Of a stretch of 43,796 bases of DNA, positions 26,206 through 35,007 are shown piece after piece. The stretch is from a virus (lineage: Duplodnaviria; Caudoviricetes). Made by a program: the position numbers and the translations under genes. The stretch is from positions 1 through 43,796 of IMG/VR virus record IMGVR_UViG_3300020727_000033; one strand, given 5' to 3'. The stretch's first letter is position 1. Each line of letters begins with the position of its first letter. Under the pieces are notes generated by a model. It worked only from the letters and a program-made list of their open reading frames with translations, had not been told where the DNA came from and did not search any database.

Positions 26206-27778
26206 TTAACTTCTCCACTAATTGGGAAATAACTTGAGACATTTGACGAATTTCTTCGCGAAGTTCTTCTACAGATTCAGTAGATTTCAAAGATCCAAGC
26301 GTGTCAATCTTTGCGGGTGCTTGTTTTGTTTTAGGCTTGCCCTTAGGAGCATCAGCACCATCACCAACTGAGACATCTTTGCCACCAGGATTGGTTTTAC
26401 CCATAACAGGCATATTTGCGGTCTTAACTTGAGCTTGAACAAGTCCAAGATTGGCTTTAGACAAATCGTGAATGTCTTGCCATAGAACCATGTTTTGACG
26501 GTCAACAAGAACTGCTTCATCTCCACCATCAATTGGTGGTTCGCCAATGTCACCACGAGCGCGGTTAATTGTCCATGAACCGTTACGAATACGTTGGTCA
26601 CGAATCATTTCAATAACTTCGTCATCTCGCCAGTCAACTACTCCGAACTTAAGTGTCCAGTCAGTTATTCCGTAGACTTCGTAAATTAATTTGAAAGCAA
26701 ATTTTTCAAGAACAATTTCTTGAATTGGACCAACCGTGTTAACACGGAAAGTTTTGTCTTGCTGGGTGCCTGTTCCTCCACCAATGTTCCCGGCTTCAAT
26801 GACACCAACCTTTGAAGGTGGTACACCATACCCAGACAAGATTTCGTCGCGGCGTTGTTGAAGGGTATTGAGCCAGTTATTAATCTGGTTAGTTCCCATT
26901 TCACGAACAACGGCTCCACCCTTTGTTTCAAAAAGGTTACCGATGTTACGTGCGCCTAGATTTCGTACAGCATACTGCTGTTGTAGTCGCTTCATTTCTG
27001 ATTCAGGAAGCGCCATTGGCCAGTCAACGTGAGCACGAAGAGGGTCACCCTTTTTCATTGTCTCTTTGATTAGCGCGGCTGTAAAAAGCCAAGAAGTGAT
27101 AGGCAGAATGTTTTTCTGCGTTGGTGATACACCATAAAGGGTGTCACCTGGTGAGTCAAACTTAACGTGAATAACTTCGTTACGCTTAAACTTTGCCTTG
27201 CGGTTGGTTTTGGTAACTTGAGTGTATCCACTTACAGAACCGTGTTCGTCAGAAAGAACGGTCATGGTTGTTGGGTCAAGGGGATAGAGCGCAACTGGCT
27301 TACCCATTACCCACACAACTTCTGTGAATGAGTCACCAAAAATGAGAAGGTCGGTAATAACCTTGCGCATAAGTTGGCGAATGTCGTCGTATGGATTTAC
27401 ATACTTAAGAAGTTCTTGAACTTCTTTAATTTCTGGCGGTGCGGGTGGTGTTTCATTGTTACCGTAAGCATGACTTGCGTAAGTAACTTCAAGTCCACCG
27501 GCAGTTGCGGTGCGAGCAATTGTATCAATTGCAGCAGAAGACCAAGGACAAGCAAGATATGCTTGGAGCAATTGCTCCATAAACGTATTGCGGTCCATTG
27601 TTCCGGCAGTTACGTTTACGCCTGGGTTCGTTTCAGTTGATCCACCAATTGGAATTCCAGTTCCAAAACCGGCACGCTTGGGGCTTGACTTTGGGCGACC
27701 TTCTTCAACATCAAACATGTTGTCAAGCATGGTGCTTGCGGCTTCTTCTATTCCCCTTCTAAAAGATGTAATACCCAT
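26192..27778 (-). CDS. portal protein
   Basis: LL..VNP, DLLIFGDSF, LYPLDP, EVIH, YGVSP, YGVPP motifs; follows TerL. Confidence 0.93.
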   Translation of the reverse strand: MGITSFRRGIEEAASTMLDNMFDVEEGRPKSSPKRAGFGTGIPIGGSTETNPGVNVTAGTMDRNTFMEQLLQAYLACPWSSAAIDTIARTATAGGLEVTYASHAYGNNETPPAPPEIKEVQELLKYVNPYDDIRQLMRKVITDLLIFGDSFTEVVWVMGKPVALYPLDPTTMTVLSDEHGSVSGYTQVTKTNRKAKFKRNEVIHVKFDSPGDTLYGVSPTQKNILPITSWLFTAALIKETMKKGDPLRAHVDWPMALPESEMKRLQQQYAVRNLGARNIGNLFETKGGAVVREMGTNQINNWLNTLQQRRDEILSGYGVPPSKVGVIEAGNIGGGTGTQQDKTFRVNTVGPIQEIVLEKFAFKLIYEVYGITDWTLKFGVVDWRDDEVIEMIRDQRIRNGSWTINRARGDIGEPPIDGGDEAVLVDRQNMVLWQDIHDLSKANLGLVQAQVKTANMPVMGKTNPGGKDVSVGDGADAPKGKPKTKQAPAKIDTLGSLKSTESVEELREEIRQMSQVISQLVEKLNDNS

Positions 27779-27791
27779 TGGTTATCTTTCG

Positions 27792-29321
27792 TTAAAAGGG
27801 ACTGTTAGAAGTAAAGTCCCCGACAAATTTTCCACCGTACATGGGTAAAGCCATGCCTTCGTTTTCGTGATCAGGTCCTTGAGCCATTGTATTAGGAAAA
27901 CCGATTTGTTTAAACCGTGGTTCTTCATCATACAGGATTGGTCGTGCATATGTGCCAACGGCCATAATTACATAACGCAATGCGTCGGCAATGTGGTCTT
28001 CAACATTTTTTGTTTCCGCATCATCGGGTTTAGCCGTACTGCGCGGAAGTGCAGGAATTGTTTCGATGAACATTGGACATTTGTCTTCAAAGACGTGAAT
28101 CATTGGACATTTATCTAATCCGGCTTCGCGGTGAATTTCACAAGCCGGTCCATCGTTAAGGTAATGGTGCACTCGCGACCAACCGTTAATACGGTCGTTG
28201 TCAGCGGGCATAATTCCACAACCTTCTTGCCCATAAATATCGGCAATGGAGAGTGGTGTTCCGCGGCTACCCCACATTGAGGGGTCGGCTACTCGAATTA
28301 CTTCAAATTCGCCTGCGGCTTTTTCTGTTTCCAGAATAATCTTTGCTTGATAGTCTGCATTAACTTTTGTAGAGTACGCTTCGCGATACACCCAAATGCG
28401 ACCATCATTGTCTACTGCCAACCAAACAACGGCCCACGGTGCTGCATAACCATAGTCAATGCCAGCATAACGTGGCCATTCTTTTGGAATGGGAAATGAA
28501 CGAACAACATGTTTTGTATATTGCCATTGTTCAAAGAACTGCCCGACCATTGCATCCCAGTCGCCGTCTCGCATTGCGGCTCGACGCTGAGGGTCGGGAA
28601 TTGAATTAAGAACAACATCGTAACTCTCGTTAATGTACGGGTTATCTGATGCTTTTGCCGGAATAAAGGCAACTGTTCTTGAAAGGTTGGTTCCTTCAAC
28701 CATTTCTGTAAATCGTATTTTACCGCGTTTGGTCGGGTTTACAAAACGATCTTTTAAGTACTTGTGTCCAACACCACCAGGGTTTGTAGCAAGTCTAAGT
28801 CCGACAACGGGAACTAATCTGTTACCAGAACGAAGACGCTCTTCAATCTGTTGAATAACAGCTGGAAGCATGAGCGAGGCTTCGTCAATATAAAACGCTT
28901 GGTATTCACCACCCAAAATGCGAGAAGCATCTTGAAGGTTTTCAGCGTATGAGAAATTAATAACGGAACCATTTGGAAACTTCAAAACTTTTTGAGTTGA
29001 GTTCCATTTTGCTCCAACAGCACGAGCGTATCCACGTTTTGCAAGTTCCGCCAAGAATGATTCTTCGAGTTCATTGTATGTTCGTCGGAAACAACCAATT
29101 TTCATACCAGGAAAATTTGCAGCGTTCCAAATTGCATCCATAACAAATGCACAAGATTTACCACCACCGGCAGCACCACCATAAAGAATCGCATCAAGGC
29201 GTTCTTTGGATGCTTCGTGAAAAGCTTGTTGTCGTGGTGTTGGTTCGTAATCAAGCAAATCAAAAACATCTACCGTAGGTGGAACTACCGAGTTTGATAT
29301 AAACTCACCAAAATTAGGCAT
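27792..29321 (-). CDS. terL: terminase large subunit
   Basis: Walker A GGAAGGGKS, Walker B FYIDEA, ATNPGG, nuclease GIDYG and DH.ADALRY. Confidence 0.95.
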   Translation of the reverse strand: MPNFGEFISNSVVPPTVDVFDLLDYEPTPRQQAFHEASKERLDAILYGGAAGGGKSCAFVMDAIWNAANFPGMKIGCFRRTYNELEESFLAELAKRGYARAVGAKWNSTQKVLKFPNGSVINFSYAENLQDASRILGGEYQAFYIDEASLMLPAVIQQIEERLRSGNRLVPVVGLRLATNPGGVGHKYLKDRFVNPTKRGKIRFTEMVEGTNLSRTVAFIPAKASDNPYINESYDVVLNSIPDPQRRAAMRDGDWDAMVGQFFEQWQYTKHVVRSFPIPKEWPRYAGIDYGYAAPWAVVWLAVDNDGRIWVYREAYSTKVNADYQAKIILETEKAAGEFEVIRVADPSMWGSRGTPLSIADIYGQEGCGIMPADNDRINGWSRVHHYLNDGPACEIHREAGLDKCPMIHVFEDKCPMFIETIPALPRSTAKPDDAETKNVEDHIADALRYVIMAVGTYARPILYDEEPRFKQIGFPNTMAQGPDHENEGMALPMYGGKFVGDFTSNSPF

Positions 29322-29608
29322 TATTTAAACCAAAAATAGAAAGACCATGCAATACTTAAAATAGAAAAAGTTAAAATTCCAAGAATGAATGAAGAGTGAA
29401 GCGCAGAAACAACTTGAAGATATTTAATTTGATTCTCTTCTTTGTCAAGCATGAGCTTATTGCTACGTTCAATAAAAGCAATTGCTTTTTCGTAGTTTGC
29501 GTTACCTAACATTTCCCTTGCTTGGATTTCGTTTTCTCCAACAAGACCGGTTAGTTCTGCTGCGATGTATGAAAATTCATCGTCAAATTCGTGTTGTTCG
29601 TGTGACAT
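29321..29608 (-). CDS. hypothetical protein with C-terminal transmembrane segment
   Basis: GAGGA RBS; hydrophobic C-terminus; coupled to terL. Confidence 0.7.
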   Translation of the reverse strand: MSHEQHEFDDEFSYIAAELTGLVGENEIQAREMLGNANYEKAIAFIERSNKLMLDKEENQIKYLQVVSALHSSFILGILTFSILSIAWSFYFWFK

Positions 29609-29616
29609 AGTTTCCT

Positions 29617-29793
29617 CTAAAAATAGAAATTGTCTATGTCTTCATCAGACATTAAACGACGAATAAATTCATCATGGGCAACCCACTGAAGGTCTACCGG
29701 CAATTTTCGCATCATAGCGATTTGCCATTGCTCAAAACCAAGAAGAATAAGTTCCTCAGTTGTGGGGGCACTATTCTCCCGATCGTATGTCAT
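29617..29793 (-). CDS. hypothetical protein (58 aa, MTYDRENS...DNFYF)
   Basis: Hand-translated ORF filling the gap; start uncertain. Confidence 0.5.
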   Translation of the reverse strand: MTYDRENSAPTTEELILLGFEQWQIAMMRKLPVDLQWVAHDEFIRRLMSDEDIDNFYF

Positions 29794-29794
29794 A

Positions 29795-29822
29795 AGAATA
29801 CATCAACATTTCTAAAAGTCAA
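29795..29822 (-). promoter_or_regulatory. promoter-like TTGACT-N16-TATTCT upstream of the terminase region
   Basis: Hexamer match with 16-bp spacer. Confidence 0.45.
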
Positions 29823-29830
29823 TTGTTTGG

Positions 29831-30400
29831 TCATTGACGCCGCGGTGGAGGTGGTGAATCAACAAGTGGAATACCCTCTGCTGATGTTAAAACGCGTTTG
29901 TATGCTTTCCAACGAAAGCGGTCTGGTGCGCCGTTTTCAATCCACTCTCCATAACATCCAATACACATTGCAGTTTTAACTGCTGGCAAAATCATGCAGA
30001 TTTCGCATGGTTCAGATGTTTGTCGCGAACGCTTTTTTTCAACGCCTTCTTTCATGGCGTTAATACTTTCGTGAATTTGACGAAGATTTTCTTCTGCGTC
30101 AATGATACGACGTTCAATCTTTTTTACTTGTTCACGGACGGGATCGTAGACCTTGCGGCCTTCCATTTTTGCTATAACAGCACGTTCTACCGAAGAACCA
30201 CTTGGCTTTCCACCGTTTCGGGCAACGGCAAAGCTTCCGCCACTACCGCCACCGGGGCCAGTTACGGGAATTTCGTCCCTACGGACAAGTTCCTCTATAT
30301 CCGCTAAATTAAGCCTATTCACCAATTTATTGATAGAATCAATACTGTCTGACATTCGTTTTAAACGTTGTTGTGACCGACGACTTAATTTTTTTGCCAT
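29831..30400 (-). CDS. hypothetical protein with coiled coil and CxxC..CxxC zinc finger
   Basis: AGGAG RBS; CEIC...CIGC. Confidence 0.75.
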   Translation of the reverse strand: MAKKLSRRSQQRLKRMSDSIDSINKLVNRLNLADIEELVRRDEIPVTGPGGGSGGSFAVARNGGKPSGSSVERAVIAKMEGRKVYDPVREQVKKIERRIIDAEENLRQIHESINAMKEGVEKKRSRQTSEPCEICMILPAVKTAMCIGCYGEWIENGAPDRFRWKAYKRVLTSAEGIPLVDSPPPPRRQ

Positions 30401-30471
30401 TATTGTGTTTTGCTCCTAAGTAAAATGCAGTGGGCCCATATCTTACTCACCAGTAAATCACATAAATGTAA

Positions 30472-30804
30472 TTAAGTCAAAGGTTTAGATTCAAAAGCCT
30501 TAAGAAGTTCTACAAAATGGTCAAGACTAAGCGTCACATAGGCTTTTGAAACATTTTTGCCTCGGCGCTTGTGAACAATAGCAGATAGCTTTCCAGCTTT
30601 TTTGCCAGAGGTTTCAGCTTGTTCCATCCAATCAGAAAGCGTCATAGTTTTCTGATTTTTACACTCCAAAACCATAGGAACATTTTTTATGTCTCCAAGG
30701 GGGGAATTGAGTATGTTTCGCTCAGCTTCATTAAAACCCTGGGACTTAAGAAAGTTTACAACCTCAGACTCAAATGCTGTGCCTTTAGCTCTTGTTTTAC
30801 TCAT
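30472..30804 (-). CDS. Holliday junction resolvase-like PD-(D/E)xK nuclease
   Basis: KGTAFE..V..FL..GF..AER, GDI and ECK motifs; start re-called at 30804. Confidence 0.8.
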   Translation of the reverse strand: MSKTRAKGTAFESEVVNFLKSQGFNEAERNILNSPLGDIKNVPMVLECKNQKTMTLSDWMEQAETSGKKAGKLSAIVHKRRGKNVSKAYVTLSLDHFVELLKAFESKPLT

Positions 30805-31348
30805 AAAAATCCTTTTCAAACGCACGGAATTTATTCAGCATATCCTGCGGAGTACCGTCGTTGTAGATAATAAAATCCTGCCCTTTAAAGGCAGTTTCTG
30901 AAATGTGCCCATTTATTGGACCAAATCCCTCACGTACAATCCTCACAATGGCTCCGCCACGGCGGCGAATTTCTTCAGCCTCGTTAGGAAACCTTACATC
31001 TGATATGACAAGTTTTTCTCCTGAAAAATTATCAAATACCGCATTAACCCACACGTTTTCCCCAAGAACATCACGACCAGCTTCAGTTCCAAGCCTTTGA
31101 AGCAATTCACGAACATTTGAGTATTTCTTGGCATCTTCCCAACCAAGAGTTTTTACCAAATCCCTAACCGGCAAGAATTGTGTTGCGCCGTAATCGTTTG
31201 CGTAACGAACATAAGGATTTATAATAAAAAGCATTTCTTTCATAAGATCGGCAAAAGCACGACGCTCATAGCCTTCTTTTTCAACCAAGAGTTTTGCTAA
31301 AGAATCTTTACCAGATTGAGCAAAACCGCACGCTCCGATTATCCTCAT
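30797..31348 (-). CDS. deoxynucleoside monophosphate kinase
   Basis: G.AQSGKD P-loop, FAD..K, RELLQRLGTE.GR, ISDVRFPNE, HISE. Confidence 0.92.
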   Translation of the reverse strand: MRIIGACGFAQSGKDSLAKLLVEKEGYERRAFADLMKEMLFIINPYVRYANDYGATQFLPVRDLVKTLGWEDAKKYSNVRELLQRLGTEAGRDVLGENVWVNAVFDNFSGEKLVISDVRFPNEAEEIRRRGGAIVRIVREGFGPINGHISETAFKGQDFIIYNDGTPQDMLNKFRAFEKDFYE

Positions 31349-31560
31349 TTAAGGTCGTCAAGAAACGACTTCAAACCAAACCATAAAACAAAGTAAAGCC
31401 AACGAAGTGAATCTGAGGTCATAGAAGGAATGTGGTCACCCATCTTGATGGGAACACCGACTTGCCTGGCAATTCGACGGCCAATAAAGAACATTCGCAA
31501 AAAGACAACCAAAGCAACGGCTAGGTAAATCCCTATAATTTGCTCAATAATTGTCGTCAT
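31345..31560 (-). CDS. small membrane protein
   Basis: Hydrophobic segments; overlaps both neighbours. Confidence 0.65.
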   Translation of the reverse strand: MTTIIEQIIGIYLAVALVVFLRMFFIGRRIARQVGVPIKMGDHIPSMTSDSLRWLYFVLWFGLKSFLDDLK

Positions 31561-31756
31561 ACAATTCTCTCAGTTCTTGTTGATATGCCTCTACTGTAGC
31601 CCAAGCAGACCAGAGTCTATCACATAAAAACTGTACGTCAAGAGTTATCTGGTCAAGTATGTCAGAAATAATGGGATTGACGTTATCCAAGGCGTAGATT
31701 AACTGTGCGCGGTCCATTATTGCCCGAGCTCTTTCAATTTCAGTTTCACTAGCCAT
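31544..31756 (-). CDS. hypothetical protein, probably leaderless
   Basis: ATG lies 6 nt after TATTCT of TTGATT-N16-TATTCT (31763-31790); no RBS. Confidence 0.7.
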   Translation of the reverse strand: MASETEIERARAIMDRAQLIYALDNVNPIISDILDQITLDVQFLCDRLWSAWATVEAYQQELRELYDDNY

Positions 31757-31794
31757 ACACTAAGAATACACCACAACTTTTTAAAATCAATGGT

Positions 31795-31932
31795 TAGGGT
31801 GTCCACACATGAACAGGGTACTCAAATATGGACACCCTATTAATCAGGTATTATAAACAATTTCCTTGAAACTTTGGGGTGTCCACATATGCTCAGCCGT
31901 ATATATATATATAATATTAGTATTTATATATA
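31795..31932. repeat. three GGGTGTCCA repeats (one inverted) plus an AT-only tract
   Basis: TAGGGTGTCCA 31795-31805, TGGACACCCTA 31829-31839, GGGTGTCCACATATG 31877-31891, (TA)n tract from 31900. Confidence 0.7.
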
Positions 31933-32040
31933 AGGAACATCGTTTTACGATGTCCCCTGGGAAAGGTTTGACTTTTATAAAATAAAATGGTACCGTGTAG
32001 ACCTGTACGTGCACACTACAGTTATTTTGGAGGAAACAAA

Positions 32041-32355
32041 ATGTCATCATCATCAACCGTTATTGCAATTTTAACTGGATTCCTAGGAACCGGCGGAACA
32101 ACAATTGCAGCCTTTCTTAAGAAAGCACAAAAGGACGCGGCGAACATTCAAGCCTTAGTCGTTCGTTATGAAGCAATGGCCAATTCAGTTCTTAAGGAAA
32201 TTACCAAGCTTGAGGGCCAAGTTACGGCGCTAACACCAAAGCCAGCGGCGCAAACAAGCGTTGCCGATTACGTCAACAAGCGATCAGAAGCCAAGAAGCA
32301 AATGGCCAAGAAGCAACAAGCTAAGAAAACAGAGCCTAAGAAAAAGCTTCGCTAG
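32041..32355 (+). CDS. membrane-anchored coiled-coil protein (104 aa)
   Basis: GGAGG RBS before ATG 32041; hydrophobic N-terminus, basic tail; TTGACT-N17-TACCGT upstream. Confidence 0.75.
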   Translation: MSSSSTVIAILTGFLGTGGTTIAAFLKKAQKDAANIQALVVRYEAMANSVLKEITKLEGQVTALTPKPAAQTSVADYVNKRSEAKKQMAKKQQAKKTEPKKKLR

Positions 32356-32361
32356 AAGTTT

Positions 32362-32433
32362 TGGTCAGTAGCTCAATGGCGGAGCAAGCGACTGTTAATC
32401 GCTAGGTTGCAGGTTCGAGTCCTGCCTGACCAG
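32362..32433 (+). tRNA. trnN: tRNA-Asn(GTT)
   Basis: TGGTCAG/CTGACCA acceptor stem, CTGTTAA anticodon loop, GGTTCGAGTCC T-arm; no encoded CCA. Confidence 0.93.
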
Positions 32434-32437
32434 CAAT

Positions 32438-32511
32438 TGGCGGATCGTCCAATGGCAGGACAACAGACTTTGAATCTGTGAATCTAGGTTCGACCCCTAG
32501 TCCGCCAGCCA
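32438..32511 (+). tRNA. trnQ: tRNA-Gln(TTG)
   Basis: TGGCGGA/TCCGCCA acceptor stem, CTTTGAA anticodon loop, GGTTCGACCCC T-arm, encoded CCA. Confidence 0.93.
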
Positions 32512-32550
32512 CGCAATATAAATGTTTGAATCATAAATGAGAGGAATGTA

Positions 32551-32835
32551 ATGTCAGAAAAAATTGAAGAAGCACCAGAGGCCCCAACAACAATTAGCGA
32601 AAAGCTTGATGCCGATATTCTTTACGAAAAAGAACTACCAATGGAAGATGGAACGTTTAGTTACATCCGTGTCTTTAGCAGCCCAGATGGTTTTATTCTT
32701 GCCGTAGAGACTGAGGGTGGCGCGGGAGCAATCCTTGACCTAATCCCTGAGTTTGATGAAGCGGTTGATCGCGCTAACGGATTAGTTACTGCGTTTGAAG
32801 AGGCTTACGAGAATTCTGAATTAGAAGAAGATTGA
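32551..32835 (+). CDS. acidic hypothetical protein
   Basis: GAGGA RBS; 94 aa, Glu/Asp-rich. Confidence 0.75.
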   Translation: MSEKIEEAPEAPTTISEKLDADILYEKELPMEDGTFSYIRVFSSPDGFILAVETEGGAGAILDLIPEFDEAVDRANGLVTAFEEAYENSELEED

Positions 32836-32983
32836 TCAATATAAATTTACCGACGGCCCTTTTTAAAATAAATTAACGAAGCGGCAGCGTCAAAAAAATT
32901 TTTCCGCGGGGGTACCCCCCAACCTATGTATTGATGTACCTTCATAACAAGCAAACTACGCGTCTACAACTGGGCTAACAATA

Positions 32984-33466
32984 ATGACTAATTACTATGC
33001 TCGAGAAACAACATTTAGCTCTAACAAAGATACATGGACAACGCCTAAGAAAACATTTAACGAATTAAATGATGAATTTAACTTTACGTTAGATGCCGCA
33101 GCACTTAAAGTATCTGCATTGTGTGACATGTGGTATGGACCAGATCATGATGACCCACTTATGCAAGACGCTTTTAGTCGTCTATGGTACGACGACGTAT
33201 CTAGCGTAGGTGGTACTACTGCATTTCTTAATCCACCATACGGTAAGACTATTAAACACTGGATGGCTAAAGCTGATAATGAATCTAGGGCCGGACTAAA
33301 AATAGTTTGTTTAGTTCCGTCGCGTACTGACACCTCTTGGTGGCATGATTCAATTATTCATCACGAAGTACGTTTTATACGAGGTCGTTTACACTTTGGA
33401 GGAGCAGATCGTGCACCGTTTCCTAGTGCAATTGTAATTATGAGACCTACAACCAGTCTTCAATAG
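32984..33466 (+). CDS. dam: phage DNA N6-adenine methyltransferase (Dam family)
   Basis: W.TP, FTLDAAA, NPPY, LVPSRTDT.WW, FIRGRL.F, APFPS motifs. Confidence 0.9.
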   Translation: MTNYYARETTFSSNKDTWTTPKKTFNELNDEFNFTLDAAALKVSALCDMWYGPDHDDPLMQDAFSRLWYDDVSSVGGTTAFLNPPYGKTIKHWMAKADNESRAGLKIVCLVPSRTDTSWWHDSIIHHEVRFIRGRLHFGGADRAPFPSAIVIMRPTTSLQ

Positions 33467-33620
33467 AACCAAGACGTACCATGTGTGCGCATGGGTCTCC
33501 GCCTTCTTCCCATTCAAGTTCTTCAGCTTCACTCATTGGAAAGCCATCGTGTGTATTACAGAATTGATCTGTACAGAACTTGTTATCAATACCGTATTTA
33601 AGCCATTGATCAAAATCCAT
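33447..33620 (-). CDS. small Cys/His protein (57 aa, MDFDQWLKYG...EDWL)
   Basis: Hand-translated; AGAGGGA RBS; C....C.THDG.P...GGDPC.H.VRL pattern. Confidence 0.7.
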   Translation of the reverse strand: MDFDQWLKYGIDNKFCTDQFCNTHDGFPMSEAEELEWEEGGDPCAHMVRLGSIEDWL

Positions 33621-33720
33621 TATTCCCTCTTTTCACAAATACTATTTGCACCACATAGAAGCTGAGGTCGTCCTTAATCGGCACGTCTTCTATGTAGTGC
33701 AAGTAGCACTTATGTCTTAA

Positions 33721-34122
33721 CTATAGCACATCGTAGCTAGTAGGTGTGATGCGTACTATAACGTTGCCTACTTTAGCACGTAGAGGCTTTGAATGGGTTT
33801 GAATCATCTCAAAAGCGTAGAATTCCTCGGTTGTTGGCGTAATTATTTTTTGTACGTACAAAATAGCGTTGTGTCCTAACCAGTTGAAGAAATCTTTTGT
33901 GTCAAAATCATCTTTAATTAGATATCCTTCAAAGTTGATTGTGTTGCCCTCGGATTCAATTAAATGCAGTGGTGTATCTGTTGAGTCGGTTTCAAAATAG
34001 CGATTGATCGCTCCGCGTAGGTTAGTACCTTTAAAATGCTCTGAGAGGGTGCTAGAAGGCGTTTTTCGCCCCTCCAATTGCTCTGCTAGGTCTTCCATAG
34101 CTTTATTAAGTTCTTCGCTCAT
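33721..34122 (-). CDS. hypothetical protein, probably leaderless (133 aa)
   Basis: ATG 34122 lies 7 nt after TTGACA-N17-TACTCT (34130-34158); no RBS. Confidence 0.7.
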   Translation of the reverse strand: MSEELNKAMEDLAEQLEGRKTPSSTLSEHFKGTNLRGAINRYFETDSTDTPLHLIESEGNTINFEGYLIKDDFDTKDFFNWLGHNAILYVQKIITPTTEEFYAFEMIQTHSKPLRAKVGNVIVRITPTSYDVL

Positions 34123-34394
34123 ACCGTCAAGAGTACCAGATATGGTACCTACTGTCAAGTTTTAACGTTTTTAAGAATACAAAATGTTGACACGTGTGTC
34201 CAAATTGCGTATTTCTACTGTTTGCCCATCTTTGTGTTGAACATATGTTCGGATATAAGAAGATAAAGTTTACGTGTGTGTGCACCCAAAATGATCCCCT
34301 GCAAGTCGGCTTCGTGTGGCTGATGGGGGTGGTCATGTGTTAAAGTGGATTTATCGAGGTGAACGAACGTTTCGCCCGATAGGGTAGGTACAGA

Positions 34395-34571
34395 ATGAAC
34401 GAGTCAGAGTTTTTTAGTCAGATTGCTAAGGCGTTCGCTCCAGTCGGTACACTGACCGTAGGTCACGACAAGGGCACAATGGCTACGGGTGGCGATGAGT
34501 TGGGCGATTGCATCAGTCTTGGGGGCGAGTCTCGCTTGTGCCCTGACTGTATGACCTGGCTACACGAGTAG
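34395..34571 (+). CDS. hypothetical protein (58 aa, MNESEFF...CPDCMTWLHE)
   Basis: Hand-translated; CxxC near the C-terminus; followed by a long palindrome. Confidence 0.5.
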   Translation: MNESEFFSQIAKAFAPVGTLTVGHDKGTMATGGDELGDCISLGGESRLCPDCMTWLHE

Positions 34572-34585
34572 CCAGGCAGGGCAGG

Positions 34586-34614
34586 CGAACACTTGTCAGA
34601 CTGACAAGTGTTCG
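34586..34614. repeat. 29-bp palindrome (14-bp arms)
   Basis: CGAACACTTGTCAG-A-CTGACAAGTGTTCG. Confidence 0.8.
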
Positions 34615-34734
34615 TCACTCGCCCAGGAAGCCTAACCCATGCCCAAGTAACGGCCGGTTAGACTTTCTGAGGGAGTAAAAATCCCGGCGCAAAAATTTTG
34701 CGACAAAAAATTGTAATCCAGTAAAGGGGATAAC

Positions 34735-34968
34735 ATGCAGAAATACATTAGCGAAGTAACTGGTAACGAGATTACCAGTATCAATGAAGTAAGGGTAGGC
34801 AGTAACCGCCAGCGCGTATTGGTAGTAGGCAAGCCATTCACTACGCAGGGTTCAGGTAAGACCGGCCTAGTGTCTCAGATTGACCGCCGTAACGGCATAA
34901 AGGGCCTTTACAGCGTCCGCCTAGTGGTTGATGGTGTAGAGCGCTGGACAACGGCAGACTTTCGCTAG
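34735..34968 (+). CDS. small beta-barrel (SH3-like) protein
   Basis: AAGGGG RBS; VG..FTTQ.SG..G.V....VRL.V.GVERWTT shared with 36967-37299. Confidence 0.75.
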   Translation: MQKYISEVTGNEITSINEVRVGSNRQRVLVVGKPFTTQGSGKTGLVSQIDRRNGIKGLYSVRLVVDGVERWTTADFR

Positions 34969-34983
34969 AGATAGCGACCGGGA

Positions 34984-35007
34984 GCGCCGGGCAGTAATGC
35001 CCGGCGC
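34984..35007. terminator. CCGGG-family hairpin H1
   Basis: GCGCCGGGCA-GTAA-TGCCCGGCGC after a stop codon; no T-run. Confidence 0.55.

Noticed and set aside
30452-30480. TTGACT at 30475-30480 as another 16-bp-spacer promoter
   Set aside because: No acceptable -10 at 16 bp; only a weak TTTACT at 17 bp
667-31100. Many plus-strand and alternate-frame ORFs in the supplied track (e.g. 1043-1282, 10685-11095, 22349-22702, 27510-27848)
   Set aside because: Shadows of well-supported minus-strand genes, with no RBS or recognisable motifs
31844-32056. Minus-strand 70-aa ORF across the AT tract
   Set aside because: Low-complexity translation over repeats and a promoter; no RBS
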